A stretch of DNA of 61,496 bases, the filler included, from Actinomycetota bacterium (GTDB lineage Bacteria > Actinomycetota > CADDZG01 > JAHWKV01 > JAOPZY01): the NCBI GenBank assembly GCA_025963875.1. It is 8 parts of 8 records of this genome, joined end to end, with 100 filler letters (N's around TTAATTAATTAA, not from the genome) between each part and the next. Parts side by side here need not be neighbours in the genome. Positions count along the whole stretch, not along the records: positions 42,967 to 48,792 come from JAOPZY010000055.1; positions 48,893 to 54,916 come from JAOPZY010000063.1; positions 55,017 to 58,472 come from JAOPZY010000021.1; 5 more parts are not named here. One strand, written 5' to 3'. This document shows, piece by piece, positions 46,220-56,290 of this stretch. A program made the translations under genes and the position numbers. Each line of letters opens with the position of its first letter. Within the stretch, counting starts at the first letter, position 1. The notes beneath the pieces are model-generated. The model was not told the origin of the DNA. It saw only the letters and a program-made list of their open reading frames with translations, and made no database searches.

Positions 46220-47128
46220 TCAGCCCTCCGGGGTGGGGTGGCCCAGAAGGTCGTCAGGCCAGTCCATGAGTTCGGCACAGGCCTCGTACGTGCTGTCGAG
46301 GAACTCGGCGATGGCCTGCGCCGGGTCCGGGGCTTCCCGGACTGCGTCGTACCGCAGCACGAACAGGCCGGCTTCCTGGATCCACGATGCGCCCTCCGGC
46401 CGGCACACCACGCCGTCGCAGCCGCTTGGCTGGGGGTAGCCGTAGGCAAAGAACGCCGGGAACGGCATCCGCTCGTCGCCGGGCCAGAAGCCCGCAGCGA
46501 TCTGCTCCGCGTCCTCGGAGTAGCGCATGATCGTCCCGGCCCCGGCCGGAGGCGTCGCCGGGCGCCCGGAGAAGCGGGTGGTCGCAAGGTCGAAGGAGCC
46601 CCAGAAGAAGTGGACCGGGGAGGTCTTGCCCCAGAAGTGCGCCCGGTGCCGCTTCATGACCGTGTCGATCCGGGACAGGACCTCCCAGAACCGCCGGGCG
46701 TCGGCCGGATCGTAGGTGTGGTGCTCCCGATCCTTCGGGAACGGGATGGGATTCGGCACCTCCTGCGGCAGTTCGGTGATGGCGACGGGCATCCCCACGT
46801 GCTGGAGCTCCTCCATCACCTGATGGTAGAAATCCGCGACGTCCTGGCCGGTGAGGGCGATGCGCTCCACCGCGCCGTTGCTGGTTCGGATGACGAGCTC
46901 GTGGTCGATGAAGTCGAACTCCGCGTCGAAGCTCGCGAGGCCGTGGGGAATTGCCGACGTGGTGAGGCCGCGAGGGGTGAGATACAGGGCAACGTTGGCC
47001 CACTCGGCCTCGAAGGGCGACTGCGCGAGGCGCAGCTTCCCCACGACCTGCGTGTACATGTGCAGCGTTTCAAGGGTGTCGTGCCATGCTTCGTACGGAA
47101 GAGCCGGCCAGGTTTCCAATGACATCAC
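46220..47128 (-). CDS. DUF5996 family protein
   Basis: WPALPY..W..T..TLHMYTQVVGK, RGLTT, GKTSPVHFFWGSFDLATTRFSGR, GFWPG, FFAYGYP, FLDSTYEA. Confidence 0.9.
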   Translation of the reverse strand: MMSLETWPALPYEAWHDTLETLHMYTQVVGKLRLAQSPFEAEWANVALYLTPRGLTTSAIPHGLASFDAEFDFIDHELVIRTSNGAVERIALTGQDVADFYHQVMEELQHVGMPVAITELPQEVPNPIPFPKDREHHTYDPADARRFWEVLSRIDTVMKRHRAHFWGKTSPVHFFWGSFDLATTRFSGRPATPPAGAGTIMRYSEDAEQIAAGFWPGDERMPFPAFFAYGYPQPSGCDGVVCRPEGASWIQEAGLFVLRYDAVREAPDPAQAIAEFLDSTYEACAELMDWPDDLLGHPTPEG

Positions 47129-47175
47129 CTCCAGGCCTCAGTCTGCCGCACCTGGCAGGTTTGTAACTCGTCGAG

Positions 47176-47769
47176 TCAGGCGAGGAGGCGGAGCGACGTT
47201 TCCCAGAGGCGCTCGGCGTTGTCGGGATCGAGAGCGTAGGGGGCGACGGACCTGAAGATCTTCGCGAAGTCGCTCGGGCGGTGGTCGACCACGACTCCCT
47301 CGTTGCAGTCGTTGAAGTAGCGGCCGCCGATGCCGTCGAGCAGCGGTGAGGTCGCTAGCAGGACGGTGGTTGCCGCGCTTTGCTGTGTGGTCTTCCGGCG
47401 TTCGGGCGGGGTGGCAGGCCAGCCGTTGGCGTAGCGCTGCAGGTTGGTCTCGACCGCGCCCGGGTTGAGCGCGTTGGCGGTGATGCCGTCGCCGGCCCAG
47501 CGGGCGGTTGCGCCGACCGCGAAGAGCACGTTTGCGGTCTTGGACTGCCCGTAGGCCAGCAGCCGGTCGTAGGGACGGAAGGCGAACTGGAGGTCGTCGA
47601 AGACGACGGGCGAGGACAGGTGCCCGCTCGAGCTGACCGCGACGATGCGAGCGCCACCGTCGCGGCCGCCAGCGGCAAGCGCGCTGTGGAGGCCGGTGGC
47701 CAAGGCGAAGTGGCCGAGGTGGTTGGTGGCGAACTGCAGCTCCCAGCCCTCGGGGGTGCGCTGCTCGCC
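47176..47769 (-). pseudogene. SDR oxidoreductase (retinol dehydrogenase-like), C-terminal part only
   Basis: RTPEGWELQFATNHLGHF, VSSSGH, YGQSKTAN, NALNPG, AERLWETS; Rossmann N-terminus absent. Confidence 0.82.
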
Positions 47770-47988
47770 AATGCGACCTTCGGCGACTACCTGATCCCGG
47801 TCAACGCGGACGTGCCCGACCTCGACGTCGTCTCCGTCGGCGAGCCGGACAGGTTCAGCCCCCTCGGGATCAAGGGCCTCGGCGAGATCGGGATCGTGGG
47901 CGTGCCGGCCGCCATCGCCAACGCGGTGTACCACGCCACGGGCCGGCGCATCCGCTCGCTGCCGATCACCGTCGAGCAGCTGTTGTAG
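47764..47988 (+). pseudogene. Xanthine dehydrogenase-family molybdopterin subunit, C-terminal fragment
   Basis: ANATFGDYLIPVNADVP...GIKGLGEIGIVGVPAAIANAVYHATGRRIRSLPIT. Confidence 0.85.
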
Positions 47989-48085
47989 CCGGAGGCAAGC
48001 TCCTGGGCTTTCCTCCGCCGTTTCTCTGATTCGGTTCTGAGCAACCCTCAAGGTCGGGCGCAGGTCCCGAGCCCATCTTTGGGCT

Positions 48086-48792
48086 ATGGACACATCAGTC
48101 GCTCTCCGCAACGCTCCCCCGCCCCTTGTGGCGGGACCGGTCGAATCCCTGGGCGGCCGCCCCACGGTCGAGATTGTGGTGCCGGTCTACAACGAGGAGG
48201 GAGACCTCACTGCAAGCATCCGCCGCCTGCGCCGCTTCCTCGACGACCGGTTCCCGTTCCCGGCCCTCGTCACCATCGCCGACAACGCCAGCACCGACGC
48301 CACCTGGGACATCGTCCAGGCGCTCGCCGCCGCCGATGCCTCGGTGCGGGCGGTGCACCTCGACCTCAAGGGGCGGGGAAGAGCGGTCAAGGCGGTCTGG
48401 CTGTCCAGCGAGGCCGACGTCGTCGCCTACATGGACGTCGACCTGTCCACCGGCCTCGACGCCCTGCTGCCGCTGGTCGCACCGCTGCTGTCGGGCCACA
48501 GCGACATCGCCATCGGCAGCCGGCTCGCCAACGGCGCCCGCGTCGTGCGGGGCCCGAAACGGGAGCTGATCTCGCGGGCCTACAACCAGATCCTCCATGC
48601 GACGCTGCACCTCCACGTGGCCGACGCCCAGTGCGGCTTCAAGGCGATGCGCGCCGACGTGGCTCGCCGGCTCCTGCCGCTCGTGGAGGACACGGGCTGG
48701 TTCTTCGACACCGAGCTCCTCGCCCTCGCCGAGCGCAACGGGCTGCGCATCCACGAGGTGCCCGTGGACTGGGTCGACGACCCCGACTCACG
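48086..48792 (+). CDS. GT2 glycosyltransferase (polyprenyl-phosphate glycosyltransferase-like), 3' partial
   Basis: VVPVYNEE, ADNASTD, KGRG, YMDVDL, GSR, DAQCGFKA, WFFDTELL, EVPVDW. Confidence 0.92.
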
Positions 48793-48892
48793 NNNNNNNN
48801 NNNNNNNNNNNNNNNNNNNNNNNNNNNNNNNNNNNNTTAATTAATTAANNNNNNNNNNNNNNNNNNNNNNNNNNNNNNNNNNNNNNNNNNNN
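48793..48892. other. Artificial contig spacer
   Basis: N44-TTAATTAATTAA-N44. Confidence 0.99.
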
Positions 48893-48929
48893 ACGCACCG
48901 AGGGCTACATCACCGGAAGGTTCGGGTAA
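48893..48929 (+). CDS. pstB: Phosphate ABC transporter ATPase, last codons only
   Basis: RTEGYITGRFG-stop is the typical PstB C-terminus, abutting phoU ATG. Confidence 0.8.
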
Positions 48930-49682
48930 ATGGTCGAGACGCGCTGGCACTTCCACGAACAGCTCGCCGAGCTGGAGTCCATCATCATGCGCATGGGGCT
49001 GGCCGCCCACGAGCTCTTCGGCCGCGCGCTTGAGGTCGTGGTGAGCGGCAACGAGGCCGATGCCGACGAGGTGATCGCGGGCGACGATGAGATCGACGCC
49101 TTCTACATGGAGATCGAGCGCGGCATCGTAGTGGTCTTCGCCACCCAGGGTCCCGTGGCCTCCGACCTGCGCTTCCTGGCCACGCTGCTCCACATCAACC
49201 TGCACCTGGAGCGCATCGCCGACATGGGCGTCAACATCGCCAAGATCGTCAAGGCCGCACACGGCCTGCCGCCCAACCCCAGGGTGCTTGCGACCTTGCA
49301 GGAGATGGGCGGCATTGCGCTCGGGATGCTGACCGTGGCCATGGACGCGTTCGCCCGGCGCGACGTGGCCGTTGCCCGTTCGCTGCCGGCCATGGACGAT
49401 CCCCTGGACGACCTCAACCGCGGGATGCTTGCCGAGGTCCTGATGGAGTCGCACGGCAGGCCGATGCTGGAATGGGGCATCCACATGCACGTCGTGTCCC
49501 GGCAGATCGAGCGCGTCGGGGACCACGCCGTCGACATCGGCGAGCAGGTTGCCTACCTGGTGACGGGCGTCTTCCAGGAGTTCACCGACGCCTCCCATCC
49601 CGAGGTGGAGGCCAGCGCGCGGCTGGGGGACACCATCGGGCTCGGCGGCAACGGCCTTGGCACTGAGGGAGGTGAGGGGTGA
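48930..49682 (+). CDS. phoU: Phosphate signalling complex protein PhoU
   Basis: DDEID, QGPVASDLR, LERIADM..NIA, DDPLD, IERVGDHAVDIGE. Confidence 0.94.
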   Translation: MVETRWHFHEQLAELESIIMRMGLAAHELFGRALEVVVSGNEADADEVIAGDDEIDAFYMEIERGIVVVFATQGPVASDLRFLATLLHINLHLERIADMGVNIAKIVKAAHGLPPNPRVLATLQEMGGIALGMLTVAMDAFARRDVAVARSLPAMDDPLDDLNRGMLAEVLMESHGRPMLEWGIHMHVVSRQIERVGDHAVDIGEQVAYLVTGVFQEFTDASHPEVEASARLGDTIGLGGNGLGTEGGEG

Positions 49683-50419
49683 CGGTCGACGCCGCCAACG
49701 GAGCGACTGGCGAGGGCTCGACGCCGAGCGGGCCGATCCTCGTCGTCGAGGACGAGGAGGCCCTGGTCGGCGCCATCTGCTACCAGCTCCAACGGGAGGG
49801 GTTCGACGCCGTGTCGGCGGTCGACGGCCTCCGGGGCCTCGACCTGTTCCGTGAGCGGGCGCCGGTCCTGGTCATCCTCGACCTCATGCTCCCCCACATC
49901 AACGGGCTCGACCTCTGCCGGATCATCCGGGGCGAGTCGGAGGTCCCGATCATCATCCTCACCGCCAAGGATGCGGAGGCCGACAAGGTGGCGGGCCTGG
50001 AGATCGGCGCCGACGACTACGTGACGAAGCCGTTCTCCATGCGGGAGCTCGTGACCCGGGTCCGGGCGCACCTGCGGCGGGCGAGCATGGCGTCGGGCGC
50101 CCGCTCCGAGGGCGAGGGCGGCAACCTCGTCGCCGGGCCGATCCAGATGGACACCCAGCGCCACGAGGTGTACGTGCGCGGTCGCCTGATCGAGCTGCCC
50201 CCCAAGGAGTTCGCCCTGCTCGAGGCCTTCATGCTTCGGCCTGGCAAGCTGGTGACGCGCCAGATCCTGCTGTCCGAAGTGTGGGGAGTGGAGTACTTCG
50301 GCGACACCCGGACCCTCGACGTCCACATCAAGCGACTGCGGGCCAAGATCGAGGAAGATCCCCGGCGACCCGAACACGTGAAGACGGTGCGGGGGCTCGG
50401 CTACAAGCTCCAGCTCTAG
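49679..50419 (+). CDS. regX3: OmpR-family response regulator (RegX3-like)
   Basis: LVVEDE, LDLMLP, LTAKD, GADDYVTKPFS, KEFALL, YFGDTRTLDVHIKRLR, TVRGLGYK; follows pstB-phoU. Confidence 0.88.
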   Translation: MTVDAANGATGEGSTPSGPILVVEDEEALVGAICYQLQREGFDAVSAVDGLRGLDLFRERAPVLVILDLMLPHINGLDLCRIIRGESEVPIIILTAKDAEADKVAGLEIGADDYVTKPFSMRELVTRVRAHLRRASMASGARSEGEGGNLVAGPIQMDTQRHEVYVRGRLIELPPKEFALLEAFMLRPGKLVTRQILLSEVWGVEYFGDTRTLDVHIKRLRAKIEEDPRRPEHVKTVRGLGYKLQL

Positions 50420-50489
50420 ACGCGGGGCAGCCCGGGTGGGTGGATATGACCGGGGCCCCGTGCAGATCCCCTGGGGAAGGGGAGTTCGA

Positions 50490-50534
50490 GGAACCCCGAG
50501 GGTGGAGGGGGGGGTTCGCCACCCCCGGGGGTCC
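50490..50534 (+). terminator. GC-rich hairpin downstream of regX3 (possible terminator)
   Basis: GGAACCCCGAGGGTGG ... CCACCCCCGGGGGTCC imperfect stem; no clear U-tract. Confidence 0.35.
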
Positions 50535-50767
50535 CGTTAGCCTCTGCAGCGCCTTGGGTGTTGAGGTCCCATGCCCTGCACGACCATCGAACTGCGGCCA
50601 ACGTACCAGGACAAGATTGCGGGAATGTAACGGGGACTGGACGGGAGTACGAATTCTTTGTGAACACGCCTGGTTTTAACTGCCAGGCTCTTGCCGTTCA
50701 CATGGCGTTCATGCTAGGCAAATCGCTGTCGAATTTGGACAGTCTCATGACATCCTCCACTGCCTCG

Positions 50768-50802
50768 GGCTCATTTGTCCAGCGGCCAGGCTCATTTGTC
50801 CA
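50768..50802. promoter_or_regulatory. 14-bp direct repeat pair, 21-bp period, upstream of SCO5389-family gene
   Basis: GGCTCATTTGTCCA at 50768 and 50789. Confidence 0.55.
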
Positions 50803-50882
50803 AGAGCCACCAACCGACTAAAGTGGAAACGAGAATGGGAACGGTTCCCACTCTACGGTTCCTAGAAGAAGGAGGGGTCGCC

Positions 50883-51284
50883 ATGTCACTGGACGTTGCA
50901 CCGAGTCTCATCGAGCAGGCCGAGCGGGGTCAGGTGGACCAGAGTGAGTTCGTCGCAACCGTGGAGAGGTCCCTGCCCTACGCCTGGTCGATCATGAGCG
51001 GGGTGGCCGGGGAGCTGGCCGGAGGGTTCACCAACCGCGAGGGCTTCGCCGACCATGCCTCGCCCCCGCCCTCCGAAGCCGAGCGCGGCCAGCTTCTGCG
51101 GGCACTTGCCAGCGACGCCATCCGGGGAGCACTGGAGCGGCACTTTGGTGTCCGGTTCGCCTTCCAGAACTGCCACCGGGTCGCGGCCTTCCGCCCGGCG
51201 GACGTGGGGGGCGATAGCTACCGGGAATTCGTCTCGATCCGCAGCCAGATCCTCAACCAGAGCCCGGCCCTGCGGGACTGCTAG
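50883..51284 (+). CDS. SCO5389 family protein
   Basis: MSLDV, SLPYAW, RGQLLRALASDAIR, FQNCH, QILNQSP..RDC; AGGAGG RBS before ATG 50883. Confidence 0.85.
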   Translation: MSLDVAPSLIEQAERGQVDQSEFVATVERSLPYAWSIMSGVAGELAGGFTNREGFADHASPPPSEAERGQLLRALASDAIRGALERHFGVRFAFQNCHRVAAFRPADVGGDSYREFVSIRSQILNQSPALRDC

Positions 51285-51807
51285 CGGCCCCTCCGGCCAG
51301 GGACAGCGCTCTGCCGAAAGCCTCGTACGCTGCGGCGTCGAACAGCACGAACCGTATCTCCTCCAGACGGGTCTCGGCCTCCCGCACCGCACGGATGGCC
51401 ACGGTCGCCGCCTGGTCGAGGGGGTAGCCGTAGGCTCCCGTCGAGATGGCGGGGAAGGCGATGCTCCTCGCCCCCAGCTCGTCTGCCAGCCGGAGGGCCT
51501 CGGTATGGCAGGCGGCCAGGAGGCCCGGGGCGTCACGTTCGCGCCTGTAGACCGGGCCCACGACGTGGATGACGTGGCCGGCCGGGAGGTCGCCCGCCGT
51601 CGTGGTCACCGCGCGCCCCACCGGCAGTCCGTCCGGATAGCGCTCCTCCCGTACACGGCGGCACTCCGCCAGGATCCGGGGTCCGCCCCGCCGGTGAATG
51701 GCGCCGTCGACGCCCCCGCCCCCGAGCAGGCTCCGGTTGGCGGCATTGACGACCACATCGACCTCCTGGGCCGTGATGTCGCCCTCGACCAGTGTGATCC
51801 GTGCCAC
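51253..51807 (-). CDS. Macro domain protein (O-acetyl-ADP-ribose deacetylase, YmdB-like)
   Basis: GDIT, VNAAN..LLGGGGVDGAIH, VIHVVGP, AFPAISTGAYGYP. Confidence 0.94.
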   Translation of the reverse strand: MARITLVEGDITAQEVDVVVNAANRSLLGGGGVDGAIHRRGGPRILAECRRVREERYPDGLPVGRAVTTTAGDLPAGHVIHVVGPVYRRERDAPGLLAACHTEALRLADELGARSIAFPAISTGAYGYPLDQAATVAIRAVREAETRLEEIRFVLFDAAAYEAFGRALSLAGGAASSPAGPGSG

Positions 51808-51838
51808 CGCTGCATCCTCCGCATTCGGGGTTCCGGGA

Positions 51839-51881
51839 GGTTGGGAGCGTATCGCGCAAATACGCGCGATTGACTCCTATC
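51839..51881 (+). repeat. 43-bp REP-like imperfect palindrome, copy B
   Basis: GGTTGGGAGCGTATCGCGCAAATACGCGCGATTGACTCCTATC. Confidence 0.8.
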
Positions 51882-51965
51882 CTCTCCGGCCGGTCCTCCG
51901 GTCGGGGCCTCCGGACCGTCCGAAATTCGCTCAGGTTGGGAAATGTCCTATAGCATGTCGCCCGC

Positions 51966-53093
51966 ATGCCAACCCCACGACGCCAGCAGGGACTCCGGCA
52001 CGTGCTTTTCCGCCGGCCCCTCCGTGCCCTCGCCTGCCTGCCTGCCCTGGGTCTGCTCGTCATGGGCCTGCCCTCGGCTCCCGTCGCTGCCGCCACCCAG
52101 AAGGACGTCCAGGCCCAGATCGACAAGCTGGGGGCCGAGATCTCCGACCTGGACGAACAGTACAACCAGGCCAGCATCCGCCTCCAGAAGGTGCAGAGCG
52201 AGATCCAGGATTCCCAGAACCAGGGCGCCAAGGCGCAGGCCGATTTCCTGGCGCTGCAGAAGGTGGCCTCCGCCCAGGCGGCGGCAATCTACCGGGCCGG
52301 CGCTCCCAGCCTGGTGGTCGCCTTCCTGTCGTCGAAGAACCTCGACGACTTCAACAAGAAGATGGAGCTGATCTCCCAGGTGAGCGACTGGCAGTCGGGC
52401 ATCATGACCTCGCTCCAGATTGCGGATCAGCGGGCGAAGGTGGCGCAGTCGGATCTGTCCCGCCAGCTGGCCCAGCAGAAGTCGATCAACGACTCCCTGG
52501 CGAAGCAGCGCAACGCCTTGAACGACCGCCTCGCGTCCGAGCAGAAGCTGCTCGGCCAGATCACCGAGGCCAACCGGCAGGCCGCCGCGAAGGCCGCCGC
52601 CGACCGGGCGGCCGCGGTCCGATCGGCGATGGCCGTGGCCAAGGCGGCCGTGGCGGCCACGAAGTCCTCCAGCTCTCCCAGCCCGTCCGGTTCTTCCGGC
52701 TCTTCCGGGTCTTCCGACGCCCTGCCGGCCATTCCCTCGTCCGACCAGGCCGCGGTCGCCGTGCGGGCAGCGATGTCGCAGATCGGGAAGCCCTACGTGT
52801 GGGCGGGGTCCGGGCCGGGGTCCTACGACTGCTCGGGACTGACGATGTCCTCGTGGCGGCAGGCCGGCGTGATGATGGGGCACTCGGCGGCCGACCAGTA
52901 CGCCTCGTTCAAGCACGTGAGCACCGATCAGCTCCAGCCGGGCGACCTCGTCTTCTTCGGCCATCCGATCCACCACGTGGGCATGTACGTCGGGGGCGGC
53001 ATGATGGTCCACGCCCCCGAGACCGGCGAGCTGGTGCAGGTCAGCCCGGTGAGCCGGGGCGACCTGGTGGGGGCCTCCCGGCCCGGCGTCTAG
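51966..53093 (+). CDS. NlpC/P60 peptidoglycan endopeptidase with coiled-coil
   Basis: Signal peptide, coiled coil, QIGKPYVW, DCSGL, PGDLVFF, HHVGMYVG, HAP. Confidence 0.93.
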   Translation: MPTPRRQQGLRHVLFRRPLRALACLPALGLLVMGLPSAPVAAATQKDVQAQIDKLGAEISDLDEQYNQASIRLQKVQSEIQDSQNQGAKAQADFLALQKVASAQAAAIYRAGAPSLVVAFLSSKNLDDFNKKMELISQVSDWQSGIMTSLQIADQRAKVAQSDLSRQLAQQKSINDSLAKQRNALNDRLASEQKLLGQITEANRQAAAKAAADRAAAVRSAMAVAKAAVAATKSSSSPSPSGSSGSSGSSDALPAIPSSDQAAVAVRAAMSQIGKPYVWAGSGPGSYDCSGLTMSSWRQAGVMMGHSAADQYASFKHVSTDQLQPGDLVFFGHPIHHVGMYVGGGMMVHAPETGELVQVSPVSRGDLVGASRPGV

Positions 53094-53103
53094 TCCGAGG
53101 CGC

Positions 53104-53871
53104 TCACCGGGCGGCGGCCCGAAGGCGGCGCAGGGTGTCGACGCTCACCATCGGCCCGACATCGATGCCGTGCGGATTGGCGACGACCGTGGCGGGCACG
53201 CCGGGGCCGCCGATGTCCTCGACCACCAGGTCGGCGAGTGCGAAGTCGTGGTGCAGCGTGTAGCCGTTGCGCACCGCCAGGCAGGCCAGCCCCGCCCCCT
53301 TTGCCGCCGCAACGCCCACCTCGGAGTCTTCGATCGCCACCGCGCTGGCGGCGGCGCAGCCGAGGCGGTCGAGAGCGATCAGGTAGACCTCGGGACCCGG
53401 CTTGCGGATGGCCACGTCCTCGCCCGTGACGACGGCCTCGAAGCGGGCAGCCCGCCCGGCGCCGAGCAGCGTGGTCAGCAGCTCGCCGACCCACGTGCGC
53501 CCAGCGGTCGTCGCCACCGCAACCCGGATGCCCGCCGCGGCAAGCTCGTCGAGCAGCCGGTCGATCCCGGCCCGCAGCGGCGCCGCCCCCCGCCGCATCA
53601 GGTCGACGAAGATTGCCTGCTTCAGGCGGTGGAGGTCCTTGGCGAGGCCTGCCGCCTTTTCCTCGGCCAGACCCTGGGCGCCGAGGTAGGCCTTCAAGCG
53701 CTGTTCCCCGCCGGGTGTCTCCAGCAGCCGCCCGTACTCCTCCTCGCCCCACCGGTAGGGGAGACCGAGACGCTCGAACGCCTGATTGAAGGCCACCCGG
53801 TGGCCGTGGCGCTCGGTATCGGCGATGGTGCCGTCGACGTCGAAGATCACCGCTTCCAGCGCCGGGGGCAC
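53104..53871 (-). CDS. HAD-IA family hydrolase (CbbY-like)
   Basis: IFDVDGTIADTERHGHRVAFN, ATT, KPGPEVY, IEDSEVG; start GTG 53871. Confidence 0.9.
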   Translation of the reverse strand: MPPALEAVIFDVDGTIADTERHGHRVAFNQAFERLGLPYRWGEEEYGRLLETPGGEQRLKAYLGAQGLAEEKAAGLAKDLHRLKQAIFVDLMRRGAAPLRAGIDRLLDELAAAGIRVAVATTAGRTWVGELLTTLLGAGRAARFEAVVTGEDVAIRKPGPEVYLIALDRLGCAAASAVAIEDSEVGVAAAKGAGLACLAVRNGYTLHHDFALADLVVEDIGGPGVPATVVANPHGIDVGPMVSVDTLRRLRAAAR

Positions 53872-53882
53872 GGGCTGCAGGC

Positions 53883-54911
53883 TCAGACGATCCAGCGCTG
53901 CTGGCGGTACCAGTCGATGGTCTCTGCCACGCCGGTGATGAGGTCCGGCTCGTTCCCGTACAGGAACTCGTACCCCGTGCCGAGGAGGGCGTCGGTGCTG
54001 AGGCGGTTGTTGCGGTTCGCCTTCTTCAGGAAGCGGAAGCGCTCCTCGGTGAAGAGGATCGCCTTCTCCATGCCCGACGCCAGCATGGCCTCCCAGGCCT
54101 GCCGGCGCTGCTCGAGGCCGAGGCCCGGGTGGGAGCCGTCCGCCTCCTCGACGGGCATGGCGAAGAGGGCGGCCAGCATCCCGGCCAGCTCCACGCTGGT
54201 GGGGTACCAGGGGGCCACGACGTTGTACGCCTGCCCCTCCGCGCCCTCCGCGCCCGCCAGGTGCATCGCCGCCCCGACCACGTCGGCGACGTGGACCAGG
54301 CGCAGCTCCACGGGCGACGCCTCGACGTCGATGGCCCGGCGCCCGGCGAAGCTCTCGATGGCCACGTCGAGGATGGCGCTCGCCAGCAGCTTCACGGCCC
54401 CCGGGCCGAACACCGAGACCGGACGGAGCACCACCGCGGGCAGGCCTTCGGCCACCGCCGCCCACACCGCCTCCTCGGCTCCCCACTTGGCCTTGCCATA
54501 CCCGCGGCTCGGATGCGGCTCGACCGACTCGACCACGGGCTGGGGGAGCGGGACCTCCTCGCCGTAGACCGACGTCGACCCCATGTGGACGAAGCGCCCC
54601 ACCCCCGCCGAGCGGGCGGCGGCCACGAGGTTGGTTGTGGCGACGACGTTGGACTCGTGCATCTCCTCGGTGGACGACAGCGAGCTGGTGGCGCCAGCGA
54701 GATGGAAGACGACGTCTGCCCCGTCGCAGAGGGCCTCGAGAGCACCCTCGGTCGCGAGGTCGGCCGCCTCGTAGGCCACCTCGGGCGGCAGCCAGCCGGG
54801 CCTCGCCCTGCGGCCGCTGGCGCGCACCTCCCACCCCTCTTCGACGAGATCGGGAATCAGGTGCTGGGCCATGAAGCCTGTGGCCCCGGTGACGAGCGCA
54901 AGCCGTGCCAT
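53883..54911 (-). CDS. NAD-dependent epimerase/dehydratase
   Basis: TGATGFMA, VFHLAG, STSVYG, YGKAK (YxxxK), LRP..VFGPG. Confidence 0.9.
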   Translation of the reverse strand: MARLALVTGATGFMAQHLIPDLVEEGWEVRASGRRARPGWLPPEVAYEAADLATEGALEALCDGADVVFHLAGATSSLSSTEEMHESNVVATTNLVAAARSAGVGRFVHMGSTSVYGEEVPLPQPVVESVEPHPSRGYGKAKWGAEEAVWAAVAEGLPAVVLRPVSVFGPGAVKLLASAILDVAIESFAGRRAIDVEASPVELRLVHVADVVGAAMHLAGAEGAEGQAYNVVAPWYPTSVELAGMLAALFAMPVEEADGSHPGLGLEQRRQAWEAMLASGMEKAILFTEERFRFLKKANRNNRLSTDALLGTGYEFLYGNEPDLITGVAETIDWYRQQRWIV

Positions 54912-54916
54912 GCCGG

Positions 54917-55016
54917 NNNNNNNNNNNNNNNNNNNNNNNNNNNNNNNNNNNNNNNNNNNNTTAATTAATTAANNNNNNNNNNNNNNNNNNNNNNNNNNNN
55001 NNNNNNNNNNNNNNNN
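54917..55016. other. Artificial contig spacer
   Basis: N44-TTAATTAATTAA-N44. Confidence 0.99.
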
Positions 55017-56287
55017 CGGCCAACGACAAGGGTCTCAGCCTCACCCTGAACGTGGCGCGGGGGGTCCCAGGGTGGGTCCGCGGCGACTCGGTGCGGCTTC
55101 GCCAGGTCCTCATCAACCTCCTGGGCAACGCCGTCAAGTTCACCGAGCGAGGCGGTGTGGAATTCACCATCGGGCAGGCCGCGTCCGGAGACCTGCGCTT
55201 CGCGGTCCGGGACACCGGCATCGGCATCGACCCGTCCAGCAAGGAACGCCTCCTTGAGCCCTTCACGCAGGCCGACGCATCGACCACCCGCCGCTTCGGT
55301 GGCACCGGCCTCGGTTTGGCCATCTGCCGTCAGCTGGTTGAGCTCATGGGCAGCAGCCTCAAATTCACCAGCGAGCCCGGCGCAGGAACCACGTTCTGGT
55401 TCGAGGTCGCTCTCCCGGCTGTGGAGGTGGGTGACGGCGAGGGCGCCCCGCGCGGCACCCGGCCCGCCGGGGACCACGCCGCCGACCGGGCGGCACCCTC
55501 GTTGGGCGAGGGCGCCCGCATCCTGCTGGTGGACGATGCCGAGATCAATCGAGAGGTGGGCAGGGGGCTGCTGGAAAGCCTCGGCTACCGGGTCGAGATG
55601 GTCTCCTCGGGTTCGGAGGCAGTCGAAGCCGTCCGGCACAGCCCGTACGCCGCCATCGTGATGGACTGCCTGATGCCCGACATGGATGGCTACGAGGCGA
55701 CGCGGCGCATCCGGACCCTCGAGGGTCCCGGCCGGCACACCCCCATCGTCGCCCTCACCGCTGCCGCGATGGCGGGCGACCGCGAACGCTGCCTGGCGGC
55801 CGGTATGGACGACTACGTCTCGAAGCCCCTCGACCTCGACCTGCTGCACGCCGCACTGCAGCGGTGCGGGCGCGGGGTGGGCCGGCAACCGGTCTCGGAG
55901 TCCCCGGAGGCGAGCCCCGCGGGGGCGGACGAGCTTGCAGACCTCGCCCTCCTGGACCGGCTGGAGCTCATCGGACGGAAGATCCCCGCCGATGCCTTCG
56001 CCCGGATCTGCCGCCAGTTCCTTGCGGGGACACCGGAGCTGATCGCGGAGCTCAGGGTGGCGGTCCGGGCCAGCGACACCGATACGGCAATCGCGCTGGC
56101 CCACAAGCTGAAGGGCAGCATGGCCACCCTCGGAGCGGTTCGGCTGAGCCGTCTTGCCCGGCGGGTGGAGGAGGGCGAGAAGGACGGCGCCGCCGGCCTG
56201 GAAGCCGTCCTCGGCGAGATGGACGAGGCCTACGGCATGGCGCAGGCGGTCGTGGTTTCGCTCATGCCCCAGGACCCGGCGGCCTAA
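55017..56287 (+). CDS. Hybrid sensor histidine kinase (HATPase-REC-HPt), 5' partial
   Basis: RLRQVLINLLGNAVKFT, DTGIGI, FGGTGLGLAI; REC LLVDD..MDCLMP..SKP; HPt AHKLKGS. Confidence 0.93.
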
Positions 56288-56290
56288 GCG

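Noticed and set aside
47176..48165. Intact 329-aa SDR as given in the ORF track
   Set aside because: Its N-terminal part is the antisense of the XDH fragment and lacks the TGxxxGxG motif
51808..51965. c-di-AMP (ydaO) riboswitch before NlpC/P60
   Set aside because: No recognisable conserved segments; the structure present is the REP-like hairpin
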